Source: a virus
Virus record (IMG/VR): IMGVR_UViG_3300023084_000009
Coordinates: 1-64,000 of that record
Length of the DNA: 64,000 nt
Direction: 5' to 3' (one strand)
Part shown: positions 39,008 through 46,287 of the stretch, piece by piece
Layout of the letters: every line of letters begins with the position of its first letter
Numbering within the stretch: the stretch's first letter is position 1
Translations under genes and position numbers: made by a program
Notes under the pieces: model-generated
Database searches by the model: none
Seen by the model: only the letters and a program-made list of their open reading frames with translations
Told to the model about the DNA's origin: nothing

Positions 39008-39072
39008 TTGAACAGTAAGTTAAAATATGCTGCCACAACTAAAAGTGTAAGACAGATTTGGTTGTATTTCAT
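39004..39072 (-). CDS. 22-aa hydrophobic peptide
   Basis: MKYNQICLTLLVVAAYFNLLFK; start and stop overlap both neighbours. Confidence 0.5.
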   Translation of the reverse strand: MKYNQICLTLLVVAAYFNLLFK

Positions 39073-39188
39073 CGACCGAATTTACGATCCATACGAAGTT
39101 TAATATAATACATGCCGATGATCCAGAGGGAGAAGAGAAACCCTTCTCCGTAACTTAGATTCATCCAGGCATCTAGTGCCTCGCCCAT
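39069..39188 (-). CDS. 39-aa membrane peptide
   Basis: MGEALDAWMNLSYGEGFLFSLWIIGMYYIKLRMDRKFGR; TGATG overlap with the gp32 stop. Confidence 0.6.
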   Translation of the reverse strand: MGEALDAWMNLSYGEGFLFSLWIIGMYYIKLRMDRKFGR

Positions 39189-40117
39189 CACTCTTCTGCC
39201 AGTCGTGCGAAGTAGGACATTGCGTCATCATCATCTTCATCAGAGGATGAGGAGACAGTGCGAGTGGGTTGAAGAGTATTCAGTTCATCGCGGAGATCTT
39301 CGGTAAGATCACGAGAAGAACCACGGGTGTTCTCTTCCTCATCAAACTCTTCAGGATCCTGATAACGAGGAGTGCCCTTGTTACCCAGCACATAGTCCAG
39401 ACGCTTCTTCAGATCATCATAGGACTTGAACTGATCGGCAGCAACGAGTTCGGCAAGAGAATACTCTTTCTTCCAGATTGCTTCCATAGCGTCATCATCG
39501 TCCAGAAGTGCATCAGGACGGGCAAACTCAGAAGAGTCATAGTTGCGGTAACCAGCAACGTTCTTTGCCTTCAGTTTGAAGTTAGCACCCTGCCAGAAAT
39601 CGAACGGATCGATTGCTTCCTCATCTTCAAACTCAGGTTGCATAGCAGCAGTGAGTTTGTCGAAGATCTTCTTACCGAACTTGAACAGGAACACACGACC
39701 TTCATTGGAAGGATTAGCAGGATCCTTGACCACATAGATGTTTGCCATGTAAGTCAGTTTGCGCTTCTGCTTGCGTGCTGCTTCCTTACCAGCATCGGTG
39801 CCGTTGTTCCACAGCATCGTGTTGTACTCGGACACAGGATCCTTCTGACCAAGAGTAGTCAGAGAGTTCTCAATATACCAACCACCAGGACCTTGGAAGG
39901 CGTGACTGTAGAGTTTCACGAAAGGAAGGTCCTCACCATCAGGAGCGGGAAGGAAACGGATAACGGCATAACCGTTGCCGCTCTTATCACATTCCAGTTT
40001 CCAGAGACGCTCATCGCTGCTGGAACCACCATTGTTATTCATTTTTTCGACTTCCTTGACCAGTTTCGCGGTCAGGTTGCCAAGCTTAGATTGCTTTTTA
40101 AGGTCGGAAAACGACAT
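39188..40117 (-). CDS. gp32: Single-stranded DNA-binding protein gp32
   Basis: DERLWK...GNGYAVIRFLP...WYIENSLTTLG...FGKKIFDK...GANFKLK; acidic tail. Confidence 0.95.
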   Translation of the reverse strand: MSFSDLKKQSKLGNLTAKLVKEVEKMNNNGGSSSDERLWKLECDKSGNGYAVIRFLPAPDGEDLPFVKLYSHAFQGPGGWYIENSLTTLGQKDPVSEYNTMLWNNGTDAGKEAARKQKRKLTYMANIYVVKDPANPSNEGRVFLFKFGKKIFDKLTAAMQPEFEDEEAIDPFDFWQGANFKLKAKNVAGYRNYDSSEFARPDALLDDDDAMEAIWKKEYSLAELVAADQFKSYDDLKKRLDYVLGNKGTPRYQDPEEFDEEENTRGSSRDLTEDLRDELNTLQPTRTVSSSSDEDDDDAMSYFARLAEE

Positions 40118-40161
40118 TTGGATTACCTCGGATTAATTGGATTCGGGGGATTTACTCGGAT

Positions 40162-40190
40162 AGTATAGCAAGGATGCCCTCAGTCGTCAA
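40162..40190 (-). promoter_or_regulatory. Sigma70 promoter for gp32
   Basis: TTGACG-N17-TATACT. Confidence 0.75.
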
Positions 40191-40512
40191 GATATTGCTT
40201 GAGGGATTCGATTGTTTGACTCATACTATTGAATAAAACAGACATATCGGTTTCTGCGGGAAATCCCATCAAAGAAACCGACTTGCGTAGGTTCTCTTTC
40301 ATCTCAACCGCTTGTGGATCGTCTGAAAGAGATACTCTAGTATACATCACTCTTTGCTTTTCTAGCAAGGTTTGGAGTTTCTCAATGTGTTCTAATTTGG
40401 TTTCATTAGACATTGAACCAAAACTCAATATACTCCCATAAATTTGCTCTTGAAGTTTATTGATCTCTTTTAGTTCGTCTTGAATAATATCAGACTCAAA
40501 GAATTCACTCAT
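40180..40512 (-). CDS. DUF1825-like cyanobacterial/cyanophage protein
   Basis: FFESDIIQDEL...LLEKQRVMYTRVSLSDDP.A. Confidence 0.7.
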   Translation of the reverse strand: MSEFFESDIIQDELKEINKLQEQIYGSILSFGSMSNETKLEHIEKLQTLLEKQRVMYTRVSLSDDPQAVEMKENLRKSVSLMGFPAETDMSVLFNSMSQTIESLKQYLDD

Positions 40513-40678
40513 TTTCGGTTGCTACCAACTGCTCCTCTTTAGAAGCTTCGATTTGCTCCAGAACTTCAATTGCACCATTAAGACGCATAACAGTATTTCT
40601 GATAGTTTCAAACTGGTCAATTGCAGCTTGACGCTGCTCTTTCAATTGTGCAAGAACTGCATTATTTTCAAGTGCCAT
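40505..40678 (-). CDS. 57-aa coiled-coil protein (not in ORF track)
   Basis: MALENNAVLAQLKEQRQAAIDQFETIRNTVMRLNGAIEVLEQIE; fills the gap and overlaps both neighbours. Confidence 0.7.
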   Translation of the reverse strand: MALENNAVLAQLKEQRQAAIDQFETIRNTVMRLNGAIEVLEQIEASKEEQLVATENE

Positions 40679-41270
40679 AAGAAATAATCTCCTTCAAAAT
40701 TTTTTTGTAATTAAACACGTCAATATTTATGAACGGACTATACTTTTTGATTTTCAAACTTACGGTTTCCCACACTGGATCATCCAACTTTTTATCAAAG
40801 TTTTTTGAGAAATGGAATATTTTGTCGTAAATTACGAAGGTTTCTAGAGATATACTCCCGCTTAGAAACTTTTTGAGTATCAGGGGGTGTCCCTTGGTAC
40901 ATTTGAACAAACTCTCTAACTCGTTCTCCGATAACAATTCGTTGCTTTGCTCTTTGAACAAGTACGTCAAACTCTGTTGGCGTCTCCTCCACTCGGAGTA
41001 ATTTCTTTCGCCAGAATTGATAATTTCGCCAATCCATAGGTTTTGCGGGTTGTCGGTGGCAGTGAAATTAGATACTAAAAAATCTACGACTTCTTTATCA
41101 GAATACTTACGCGAGGTCTTTTCAAACCAGTACTTATCCTTTCGTTTATTGAAAGAAGTCATACTGGCACGAGTCCTCGCACCGTATTTGAAGAAATCGT
41201 ATTTTGGATTTGTGAAGTGATTCTTTAGTGACAAATAATGTTGATAAGTTTCAAAGGGAGTCACGGTCAT
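40668..41270 (-). CDS. gp59: Helicase loader gp59
   Basis: YLSLKNHFT..KYDFFKY...SFNKRKDKYWFEK; likely start at 41270. Confidence 0.88.
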   Translation of the reverse strand: MTVTPFETYQHYLSLKNHFTNPKYDFFKYGARTRASMTSFNKRKDKYWFEKTSRKYSDKEVVDFLVSNFTATDNPQNLWIGEIINSGERNYSEWRRRQQSLTYLFKEQSNELLSENELESLFKCTKGHPLILKKFLSGSISLETFVIYDKIFHFSKNFDKKLDDPVWETVSLKIKKYSPFINIDVFNYKKILKEIISYGT

Positions 41271-41527
41271 AGAGGAAGTTTTGCTCTCGATGTTCTCTTC
41301 ATAAAGTTGAGGCGTGTTGCATCCCACTTCAATCTCTCTTTAAGAGGTTTTGAAACGAGTTTCGTGATAGATTCTACCTCAAGATTATTGATTTCGCAAT
41401 AGTGGCAAATAGCATCAATGTAGTTGAAGTTTTCTTCTGCTACAATTTTTTCTATTTCCAGAGCAAATTTAGAAGGAGTCAAAAACTTACTTTCTATTGC
41501 TTGTTCTAGTTCTTTATTGGGTTCCAT
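41267..41527 (-). CDS. gp33: Late transcription coactivator gp33
   Basis: FALEIEKIV...NYIDAICHYCE.NNLE...LKERLKWDA..LNF. Confidence 0.88.
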   Translation of the reverse strand: MEPNKELEQAIESKFLTPSKFALEIEKIVAEENFNYIDAICHYCEINNLEVESITKLVSKPLKERLKWDATRLNFMKRTSRAKLPL

Positions 41528-42194
41528 AGAGTTCCAGTTTATCTCTAACAAACTTTCTAATATATTGTGTGAGAAGTTTGATGTACTTTGATTTGTCTCG
41601 TTCTTCATAGACGACGCATTCTCCATTTTCACATGCCATGATAATTACAAGTTTTTTGACTGATATGCCAGTCAGTTCGTACAGCATACAACCATATGCC
41701 ATGCACTGTACAAAATAGTGTTCGATCCACTCTCGTGGTTTGGGTTTTTTAGAAGTCTTAAAATCGATTATTGCTAACTCGCCGTCATATTCAGCGATAC
41801 AGTCAACCGTGCCTGCAATGCCCAGTTGCTTACTATATAGGGAACCTTCTAAGGCGTAAATATTATTTATACGTTTTAGGTCTGTTTTTGAGATTTTGAA
41901 TAAGAAATCTGACATTGGTTGAACCTTTGGTAGTTCCTCATTTTTGAGGTGATGTTCTACCAAGGTGTGCATATCTGTACCACGACTTGTTGCTTTCTTC
42001 GTGATACGATCCGCTTCTTCATCACCAACTTTTTTGCGCCAGTTGATAAAGATCTCCTTATTAAAATGACTGGTCACCGATGTAATCGAGACCAGTCGGA
42101 GAAGTTCTTCATCATCTGGAACTTTATAGTACCTTACTCCATCAATAGTCTCCCTCTCAAGTTGAGGGAGATCAATATCAACATGATTGAACAT
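41514..42194 (-). CDS. PD-(D/E)XK exonuclease
   Basis: SITSV...RGTDMH...AGTVDCIAEY...IIDFKTS...YFVQ..AY. Confidence 0.85.
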   Translation of the reverse strand: MFNHVDIDLPQLERETIDGVRYYKVPDDEELLRLVSITSVTSHFNKEIFINWRKKVGDEEADRITKKATSRGTDMHTLVEHHLKNEELPKVQPMSDFLFKISKTDLKRINNIYALEGSLYSKQLGIAGTVDCIAEYDGELAIIDFKTSKKPKPREWIEHYFVQCMAYGCMLYELTGISVKKLVIIMACENGECVVYEERDKSKYIKLLTQYIRKFVRDKLELYGTQ

Positions 42195-42952
42195 TAAAAA
42201 CCTGCTTCCATTTTAGCAATAATGTATTCTTTAACGAGACCAGAACGTACAATGTCATCTACACCAAATTCAATTAAATCGAAGGATGGCATTTTACGCA
42301 AGATATTCATAAAATCATGAATACCATTACGCTCGTTTGACTTCTGCAAATCAGACTGAACAGCATCACCACAGAAGCAAATTTTGGTATTTTCACCAAC
42401 ACGAGTAATTATACTATCCAATTCGTGAAAATTCAAGTTTTGGTATTCATCAACGATAACAATAGCATTGTCAAGTGTAGTTCCACGAAGGAACGAAGTA
42501 GACCAGAACTTGATAGTTTCTTGTGATTTGAGATTGCCGTAGAGCATTTCAAAGTCAGCATCACTAGGCATCTGGAACATGTACTTCACCATATTCTTAT
42601 ATGGGATTTGGTAGATGTCTGCCTTATCTTCATGGGATCCAGGGAGAAAACCGATCTCTCTGGTTGCTACAAGCGATCGTACAAGGTAAATACGCTCATA
42701 AGGTGTGGTCTCATCCAATACATCTTGAAGTGCGTTGTAGAGCGTAATAAAGGTCTTACCAGTACCAGCACAACCATAAGCAACAATGTGCTTACCATCT
42801 TTATATGACTCAAACAGAGTTTTTTGGTTTTCTGTAAGTGGTTCAATATCTACCAAATAGTCACTATTAAGAGGTTTTTTCCTCTTCATCTGCTTTGCCG
42901 TGAGTCCAACCCCGATGGGTTGCTCTGCAGATGATCTTTTTCTTCTTGCCAT
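42194..42952 (-). CDS. phoH: PhoH-family ATPase
   Basis: GCAGTGKT, IGFLPG, FLRGTT, VDEYQN, GDAVQSDL, DIVRSGLV. Confidence 0.95.
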   Translation of the reverse strand: MARRKRSSAEQPIGVGLTAKQMKRKKPLNSDYLVDIEPLTENQKTLFESYKDGKHIVAYGCAGTGKTFITLYNALQDVLDETTPYERIYLVRSLVATREIGFLPGSHEDKADIYQIPYKNMVKYMFQMPSDADFEMLYGNLKSQETIKFWSTSFLRGTTLDNAIVIVDEYQNLNFHELDSIITRVGENTKICFCGDAVQSDLQKSNERNGIHDFMNILRKMPSFDLIEFGVDDIVRSGLVKEYIIAKMEAGF

Positions 42953-43200
42953 TAGATTTTCTTTACTCTAGAACGAGGTGCTTTTGCTGCTTTACCTAGG
43001 ACATCATTCCAACCAGGATTCTTGGCGATGAGTTTATCTCGCCACTCTCCAACTTCCCCAGGTTGTGGACAAGTAGATGGATCTGACCAATCCCGTTGCC
43101 AATCGGGATTGTCTTTACACCACTGAGACCAGTCGTGAACACTCATGCTCACTTCTTTCTGCTCTCCAGTTTCTTTGTGAATAACAGGATAAGTCGCCAT
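42952..43200 (-). CDS. Conserved hypothetical protein
   Basis: MATYPV...TGEQKE...NPDW...GWNDVL. Confidence 0.7.
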   Translation of the reverse strand: MATYPVIHKETGEQKEVSMSVHDWSQWCKDNPDWQRDWSDPSTCPQPGEVGEWRDKLIAKNPGWNDVLGKAAKAPRSRVKKI

Positions 43201-43224
43201 AGTTACAAATTCAAGATGATTTAT

Positions 43225-43860
43225 TTAGACCCACTCCAGTGCTTCTGCCACTGTGGGAAACTGCTCTGAAAAGATTTTCTTACATGCTTCTGCGATATCC
43301 ATGTGCTCTTTCTGGGTTCCATTAGCAGAACGCAGTTGAATGTAATGAATCCAAGAACGACAGGAACCAGACATATAGAGTCGGGTAGGAGTTGCCAGAG
43401 GAAGCACAAAGCGAGCACACTCTTTGGCAATACCCTCATCAAGCATCGTTTGATACAATGCCATCGCGTCCCTGAAGTGATCCTGCATCAACATTTCATA
43501 CTTCTGCTTGACGAAAGGATCAATGTCGTCAATAGAATTCTGACGATTCTTGGTATCTTGACGACGAAGTTCTGGGAGCGGGATCGTCTCCGAGAGTAGG
43601 GAAGAATCAGCATAGCGTTGCGAAAATTCTTGATATGTGAAAGAACGGTGCCGCAAAATTTGAGCTGCCAGACCACGAGTAGTCTCAATCTCAAGCGTCA
43701 TGAACGACTGTTCAAAGACACTCCAGTGGTTGTGCTTAATACAATAACCCAACAACTTAGCATAATTGGGATTTTCCTGATTATTAGGATTGCTCACACG
43801 AGCAACATATGCCATTGTTTGCTCCGCATCAGGAGTCACACTAACCAGTTTTACACTCAT
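43225..43860 (-). CDS. thyX: FAD-dependent thymidylate synthase
   Basis: HWSVFE, QILRHRSFTYQEFSQRY motif, ARFVLP, TQKEH. Confidence 0.96.
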   Translation of the reverse strand: MSVKLVSVTPDAEQTMAYVARVSNPNNQENPNYAKLLGYCIKHNHWSVFEQSFMTLEIETTRGLAAQILRHRSFTYQEFSQRYADSSLLSETIPLPELRRQDTKNRQNSIDDIDPFVKQKYEMLMQDHFRDAMALYQTMLDEGIAKECARFVLPLATPTRLYMSGSCRSWIHYIQLRSANGTQKEHMDIAEACKKIFSEQFPTVAEALEWV

Positions 43861-44021
43861 TTACCAAATCCTTTCGATGTTTTCTTTTCTATTTCTGCGA
43901 GTTGCTCTTTCAACTCACGAAGTTGTGCCTTCATCTCTATGATCTTTTCTTCTGTATAGAGATGATCTTGCTTGATTAGGCGCTCAAGCAACTTGATAAG
44001 TTTTTTAGATCTACTAACCAT
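43857..44021 (-). CDS. 54-aa coiled-coil protein (not in ORF track)
   Basis: MVSRSKKLIKLLERLIKQDHLY...TSKGFGK; coupled to neighbours. Confidence 0.7.
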   Translation of the reverse strand: MVSRSKKLIKLLERLIKQDHLYTEEKIIEMKAQLRELKEQLAEIEKKTSKGFGK

Positions 44022-44191
44022 TAGTCTGGGTATCCATCGTCGTCATCAAAGATTTCATCATAGTCGTGAAGTCCTCCTTTTACATCCTCATAGTTCAAAT
44101 AACTCTGAGTATCAGAATAAACTTCTGCTTTAAGAGAATCTACAAGAAGTTCAAGATTACGGACGATGAGTTTAAGTTTTTCTTTGTCCAT
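44021..44191 (-). CDS. Conserved hypothetical protein
   Basis: MDKEKLKLIVRNLELLVDSLKAEVYSD. Confidence 0.75.
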   Translation of the reverse strand: MDKEKLKLIVRNLELLVDSLKAEVYSDTQSYLNYEDVKGGLHDYDEIFDDDDGYPD

Positions 44192-44212
44192 GAGATACGG
44201 TTCTCTCAAGCA

Positions 44213-44241
44213 ATTATACACAAAAAAAGAGGGTTCGTCAA
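44213..44241 (-). promoter_or_regulatory. Sigma70 promoter embedded in a terminator
   Basis: TTGACG-N17-TATAAT. Confidence 0.75.
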
Positions 44242-44249
44242 GAACCCTC
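44222..44249 (-). terminator. Intrinsic terminator ending the riboswitch operon
   Basis: GAGGGTTC-TTGAC-GAACCCTC-T7. Confidence 0.9.
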
Positions 44250-44393
44250 AGATCTTAATAAGTTTTCAAACCATTCTCGCAGATGGATTCGGTAACATGA
44301 CCAATAGTTACATCCCCGATATTTGAGTTGATAACATGATGGTGGTCTGTTATCTCTATCCATATCATCGTAATGATACCGATAGTCTTCCAT
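44238..44393 (-). CDS. 51-aa peptide with YRG motif (not in ORF track)
   Basis: MEDYRYHYDDMDRDNRPPSCYQLKYRGCNYWSCYRIHLREWFENLLRSEGS; SD GAGG. Confidence 0.65.
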   Translation of the reverse strand: MEDYRYHYDDMDRDNRPPSCYQLKYRGCNYWSCYRIHLREWFENLLRSEGS

Positions 44394-44394
44394 T

Positions 44395-44490
44395 TTACTT
44401 CCTCGTTAGAAGAAGTACTTCTCCGTATAACAAGCAAATAAAAGCAACGCTAAAAAGGGTTCCGAACCCAGCTACTTGAAGTGCTTGCAT
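44395..44490 (-). CDS. 31-aa single-TM peptide
   Basis: MQALQVAGFGTLFSVAFICLLYGEVLLLTRK. Confidence 0.6.
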   Translation of the reverse strand: MQALQVAGFGTLFSVAFICLLYGEVLLLTRK

Positions 44491-44494
44491 GGTT

Positions 44495-44659
44495 TTACTT
44501 ATTGTAAGTGTGACCGCGATAGCAGAATGTTCCGTGAATTTCGTCAACACCTTGCTGACACTCATACTTAACACCACGATAGGATGTCATAGCAATTTGT
44601 GCGTCGTGCAGTGCTGATGCTTTCTGGATTTGCTTTTTGATCAGAGTGAGTGTGTTCAT
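44495..44659 (-). CDS. DUF4278 / downstream-peptide-type protein (two YRG motifs)
   Basis: MNTLTLIKKQI...SYRGVKYE...FCYRGHTYNK directly after the riboswitch. Confidence 0.8.
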   Translation of the reverse strand: MNTLTLIKKQIQKASALHDAQIAMTSYRGVKYECQQGVDEIHGTFCYRGHTYNK

Positions 44660-44705
44660 TTGTCGTACCTGAAATACTAGGGTGAGTTTTAAGTCTCCCG
44701 TTCCT

Positions 44706-44900
44706 TCAGTCGTTTGCGTCCTGTGCTTCAAAACACTTAGGGTCTGTATGTTCCATCCAATGGATGTAGATATCAGCCTTTTCAAAAGGAGTGAAGAGAG
44801 TTGTCTCATCTAATCCTTGCTTCAACCATTTCAAATCTTCACAGCGAAGATAATTCTCCACTGGGACATGACTAAAAAAGATGAGTGCTAATGATAACAT
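44706..44900 (-). CDS. 64-aa ORF nested inside the riboswitch
   Basis: ATG follows CGTTCATCCT; last codons (AQDAND-stop) are the aptamer 3' strand; hydrophobic N-terminus and two Cys. Confidence 0.7.
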   Translation of the reverse strand: MLSLALIFFSHVPVENYLRCEDLKWLKQGLDETTLFTPFEKADIYIHWMEHTDPKCFEAQDAND

Positions 44901-44937
44901 AGGATGAACGCTCCGTTCCGCGACTTACTTGCGTCCT

Positions 44938-44961
44938 ATTCGCTATTCGCAAATAGCGAAT
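44938..44961. repeat. 24-nt palindrome, copy 2
   Basis: Identical to 12364-12387. Confidence 0.95.
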
Positions 44962-44978
44962 GGGATGAACGTAAGGGT

Positions 44979-45007
44979 ATTATACCCCTAATGTGAGTAT
45001 TTATCAA
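44979..45007 (-). promoter_or_regulatory. Sigma70 promoter of the riboswitch operon (contains a late ATAAATA as well)
   Basis: TTGATA-N17-TATAAT ending 7 nt before the aptamer. Confidence 0.75.
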
Positions 45008-45015
45008 GTAAGTTC

Positions 45016-45031
45016 TGTAAAATACGATACA
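45016..45031. promoter_or_regulatory. NtcA-type box
   Basis: TGTA-AAATACGA-TACA (TGTA-N8-TACA). Confidence 0.6.
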
Positions 45032-45083
45032 AAACCTTACAGAGCAAAAATTTTGCCGGGAATTTTTCCCTCGCTCAGGGAAA

Positions 45084-45443
45084 TCACTTCCTCTTTTTGG
45101 TTTTGGGTGCTTGATATCCCCAGGTCTTTGGGTTGTGCCTACCCTCTCCGTACTTTATACCTTTAAGTCCTTCACGAAACTTATCCCAGTACATATCAAA
45201 CACATTTACTGCCTTTTGACTTCTGGTCAAGTCAAAACATGTAATACCATCAACTTCATAGGTTACAATCCTTGCATCATTGGGGACGTCCTTGGTACAC
45301 ACCTGTTCCCAAGTTCCATTTTCAACTAGGATTTCACATCCATATTTCTTTCTAGAGTTTTCCTTTTCTGTAGGTGTCCAGTTATACATAAGGTCTTCCT
45401 TTACAGGTGCCTCTTCAGACACCCTTGCCGTGTTTCTTGCCAT
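45084..45443 (-). CDS. Conserved hypothetical protein
   Basis: Clean ORF; likely start MARNTA. Confidence 0.7.
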   Translation of the reverse strand: MARNTARVSEEAPVKEDLMYNWTPTEKENSRKKYGCEILVENGTWEQVCTKDVPNDARIVTYEVDGITCFDLTRSQKAVNVFDMYWDKFREGLKGIKYGEGRHNPKTWGYQAPKTKKRK

Positions 45444-45470
45444 TATAAACACTCCAATTGGTATTATATA

Positions 45471-46106
45471 TTACGAACGATTACCCCATTGAATATCAGG
45501 GAAAGCTTCCGCAACAATTTCTTTTGTAATTTTGTACTTTTCTCCTAGTCTCTTGTCCTTAGTAAGGATAAGGATCTCTGCTTCAAGCGGATGAAGACCT
45601 TGGAGAATATTAATAAACATAGTCTCTCTACGAAGAGAACTCAACCCATCGTTACCACCTTTAACAAAGTTGTAAAAACGCTTGAACTCTTTACGAATAG
45701 AAGACTTTCCTTGATCTTGTGATCCAAGAGAGTTAGAACCCAACTCATTCATCTTGGAAACAGCATCACTAACTTTCTCTGATAGAGTGCCACTGAAAGA
45801 ATTCTGCTCATCAGTTCCAGCATATGGAACATCACCAGGAGGGAGAAGACTAACTACACTCTCATCAAAGTTCCAGATCAATACAACCTTAGTGGCAGGA
45901 TCATTAAACTTACGCAATGCCTCAACCTTCCTTGCTTTTGTCCTTTCTGAAGAAACTACATTCAGAATTTCATATACGAAAGGATTAGTAGGAAGGTCGG
46001 GGATTGGTTTTTGTGCTGCCTTTGGTTTGGTTGCTTTAGCAGCAGGTTTTGCCTTACTCGTCGATGTCTTCTTCGTCGTTTGTCTCGTAGTCATGATAGT
46101 TTTCAA
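45471..46106 (-). CDS. Conserved hypothetical T4-like cyanophage protein
   Basis: LIWNFDESVVSLLPPGDVPY...RRETMFINILQGLHPLEAEIL. Confidence 0.75.
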   Translation of the reverse strand: MKTIMTTRQTTKKTSTSKAKPAAKATKPKAAQKPIPDLPTNPFVYEILNVVSSERTKARKVEALRKFNDPATKVVLIWNFDESVVSLLPPGDVPYAGTDEQNSFSGTLSEKVSDAVSKMNELGSNSLGSQDQGKSSIRKEFKRFYNFVKGGNDGLSSLRRETMFINILQGLHPLEAEILILTKDKRLGEKYKITKEIVAEAFPDIQWGNRS

Positions 46107-46287
46107 AGTTAAATGCGATCACCTCATCTGGTATCAGGTTACCCTGACTGTCAAACATTTCGGGGTGAGGTCTTGGTACTTCCCGATAGTTCATCATGTA
46201 TTCTCTTGCCACCCAACCTGCCATTACTCCCACTACAAGAAACAATACGGTTAGAAATGAACCGAATACTAAACTAACTGCTAACAT
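46054..46287 (-). CDS. Small membrane protein
   Basis: N-terminal TM; HPEMFDSQGN. Confidence 0.7.
   Translation of the reverse strand: MLAVSLVFGSFLTVLFLVVGVMAGWVAREYMMNYREVPRPHPEMFDSQGNLIPDEVIAFNFENYHDYETNDEEDIDE

Larger units (their letters stand above)
44697..44971 (-). ncRNA. Double glutamine riboswitch-like RNA (glnA / Downstream-peptide motifs)
   Basis: Two CGTTCATCC starts (44971, 44910), two GGACGCAA, AAGTAAGTCG and the complementary CGACTGAAGGAACG. Confidence 0.8.

Noticed and set aside
39269-40168. 299-aa plus-strand ORF antisense to gp32
   Set aside because: Shadow of a strongly codon-biased gene; no SD or recognisable motif.
41514-42194. Cas4-like nuclease as part of a CRISPR system
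   Set aside because: No array or cas genes and no Fe-S Cys cluster seen; this is the usual exonuclease between phoH and gp33.
43225-43860. Intron or homing endonuclease in thymidylate synthase
   Set aside because: thyX is continuous and of normal length; no GIY-YIG, HNH or LAGLIDADG ORF recognised.
44255-44437. 60-aa ORF in the track
   Set aside because: Overlaps two better-supported small ORFs (44395-44490 and 44238-44393).
44660-44809. N-terminal extension of the DUF4278 ORF given in the track
   Set aside because: Runs through the riboswitch and the nested ORF; the ATG at 44659 has an AGGT SD and fits family size.
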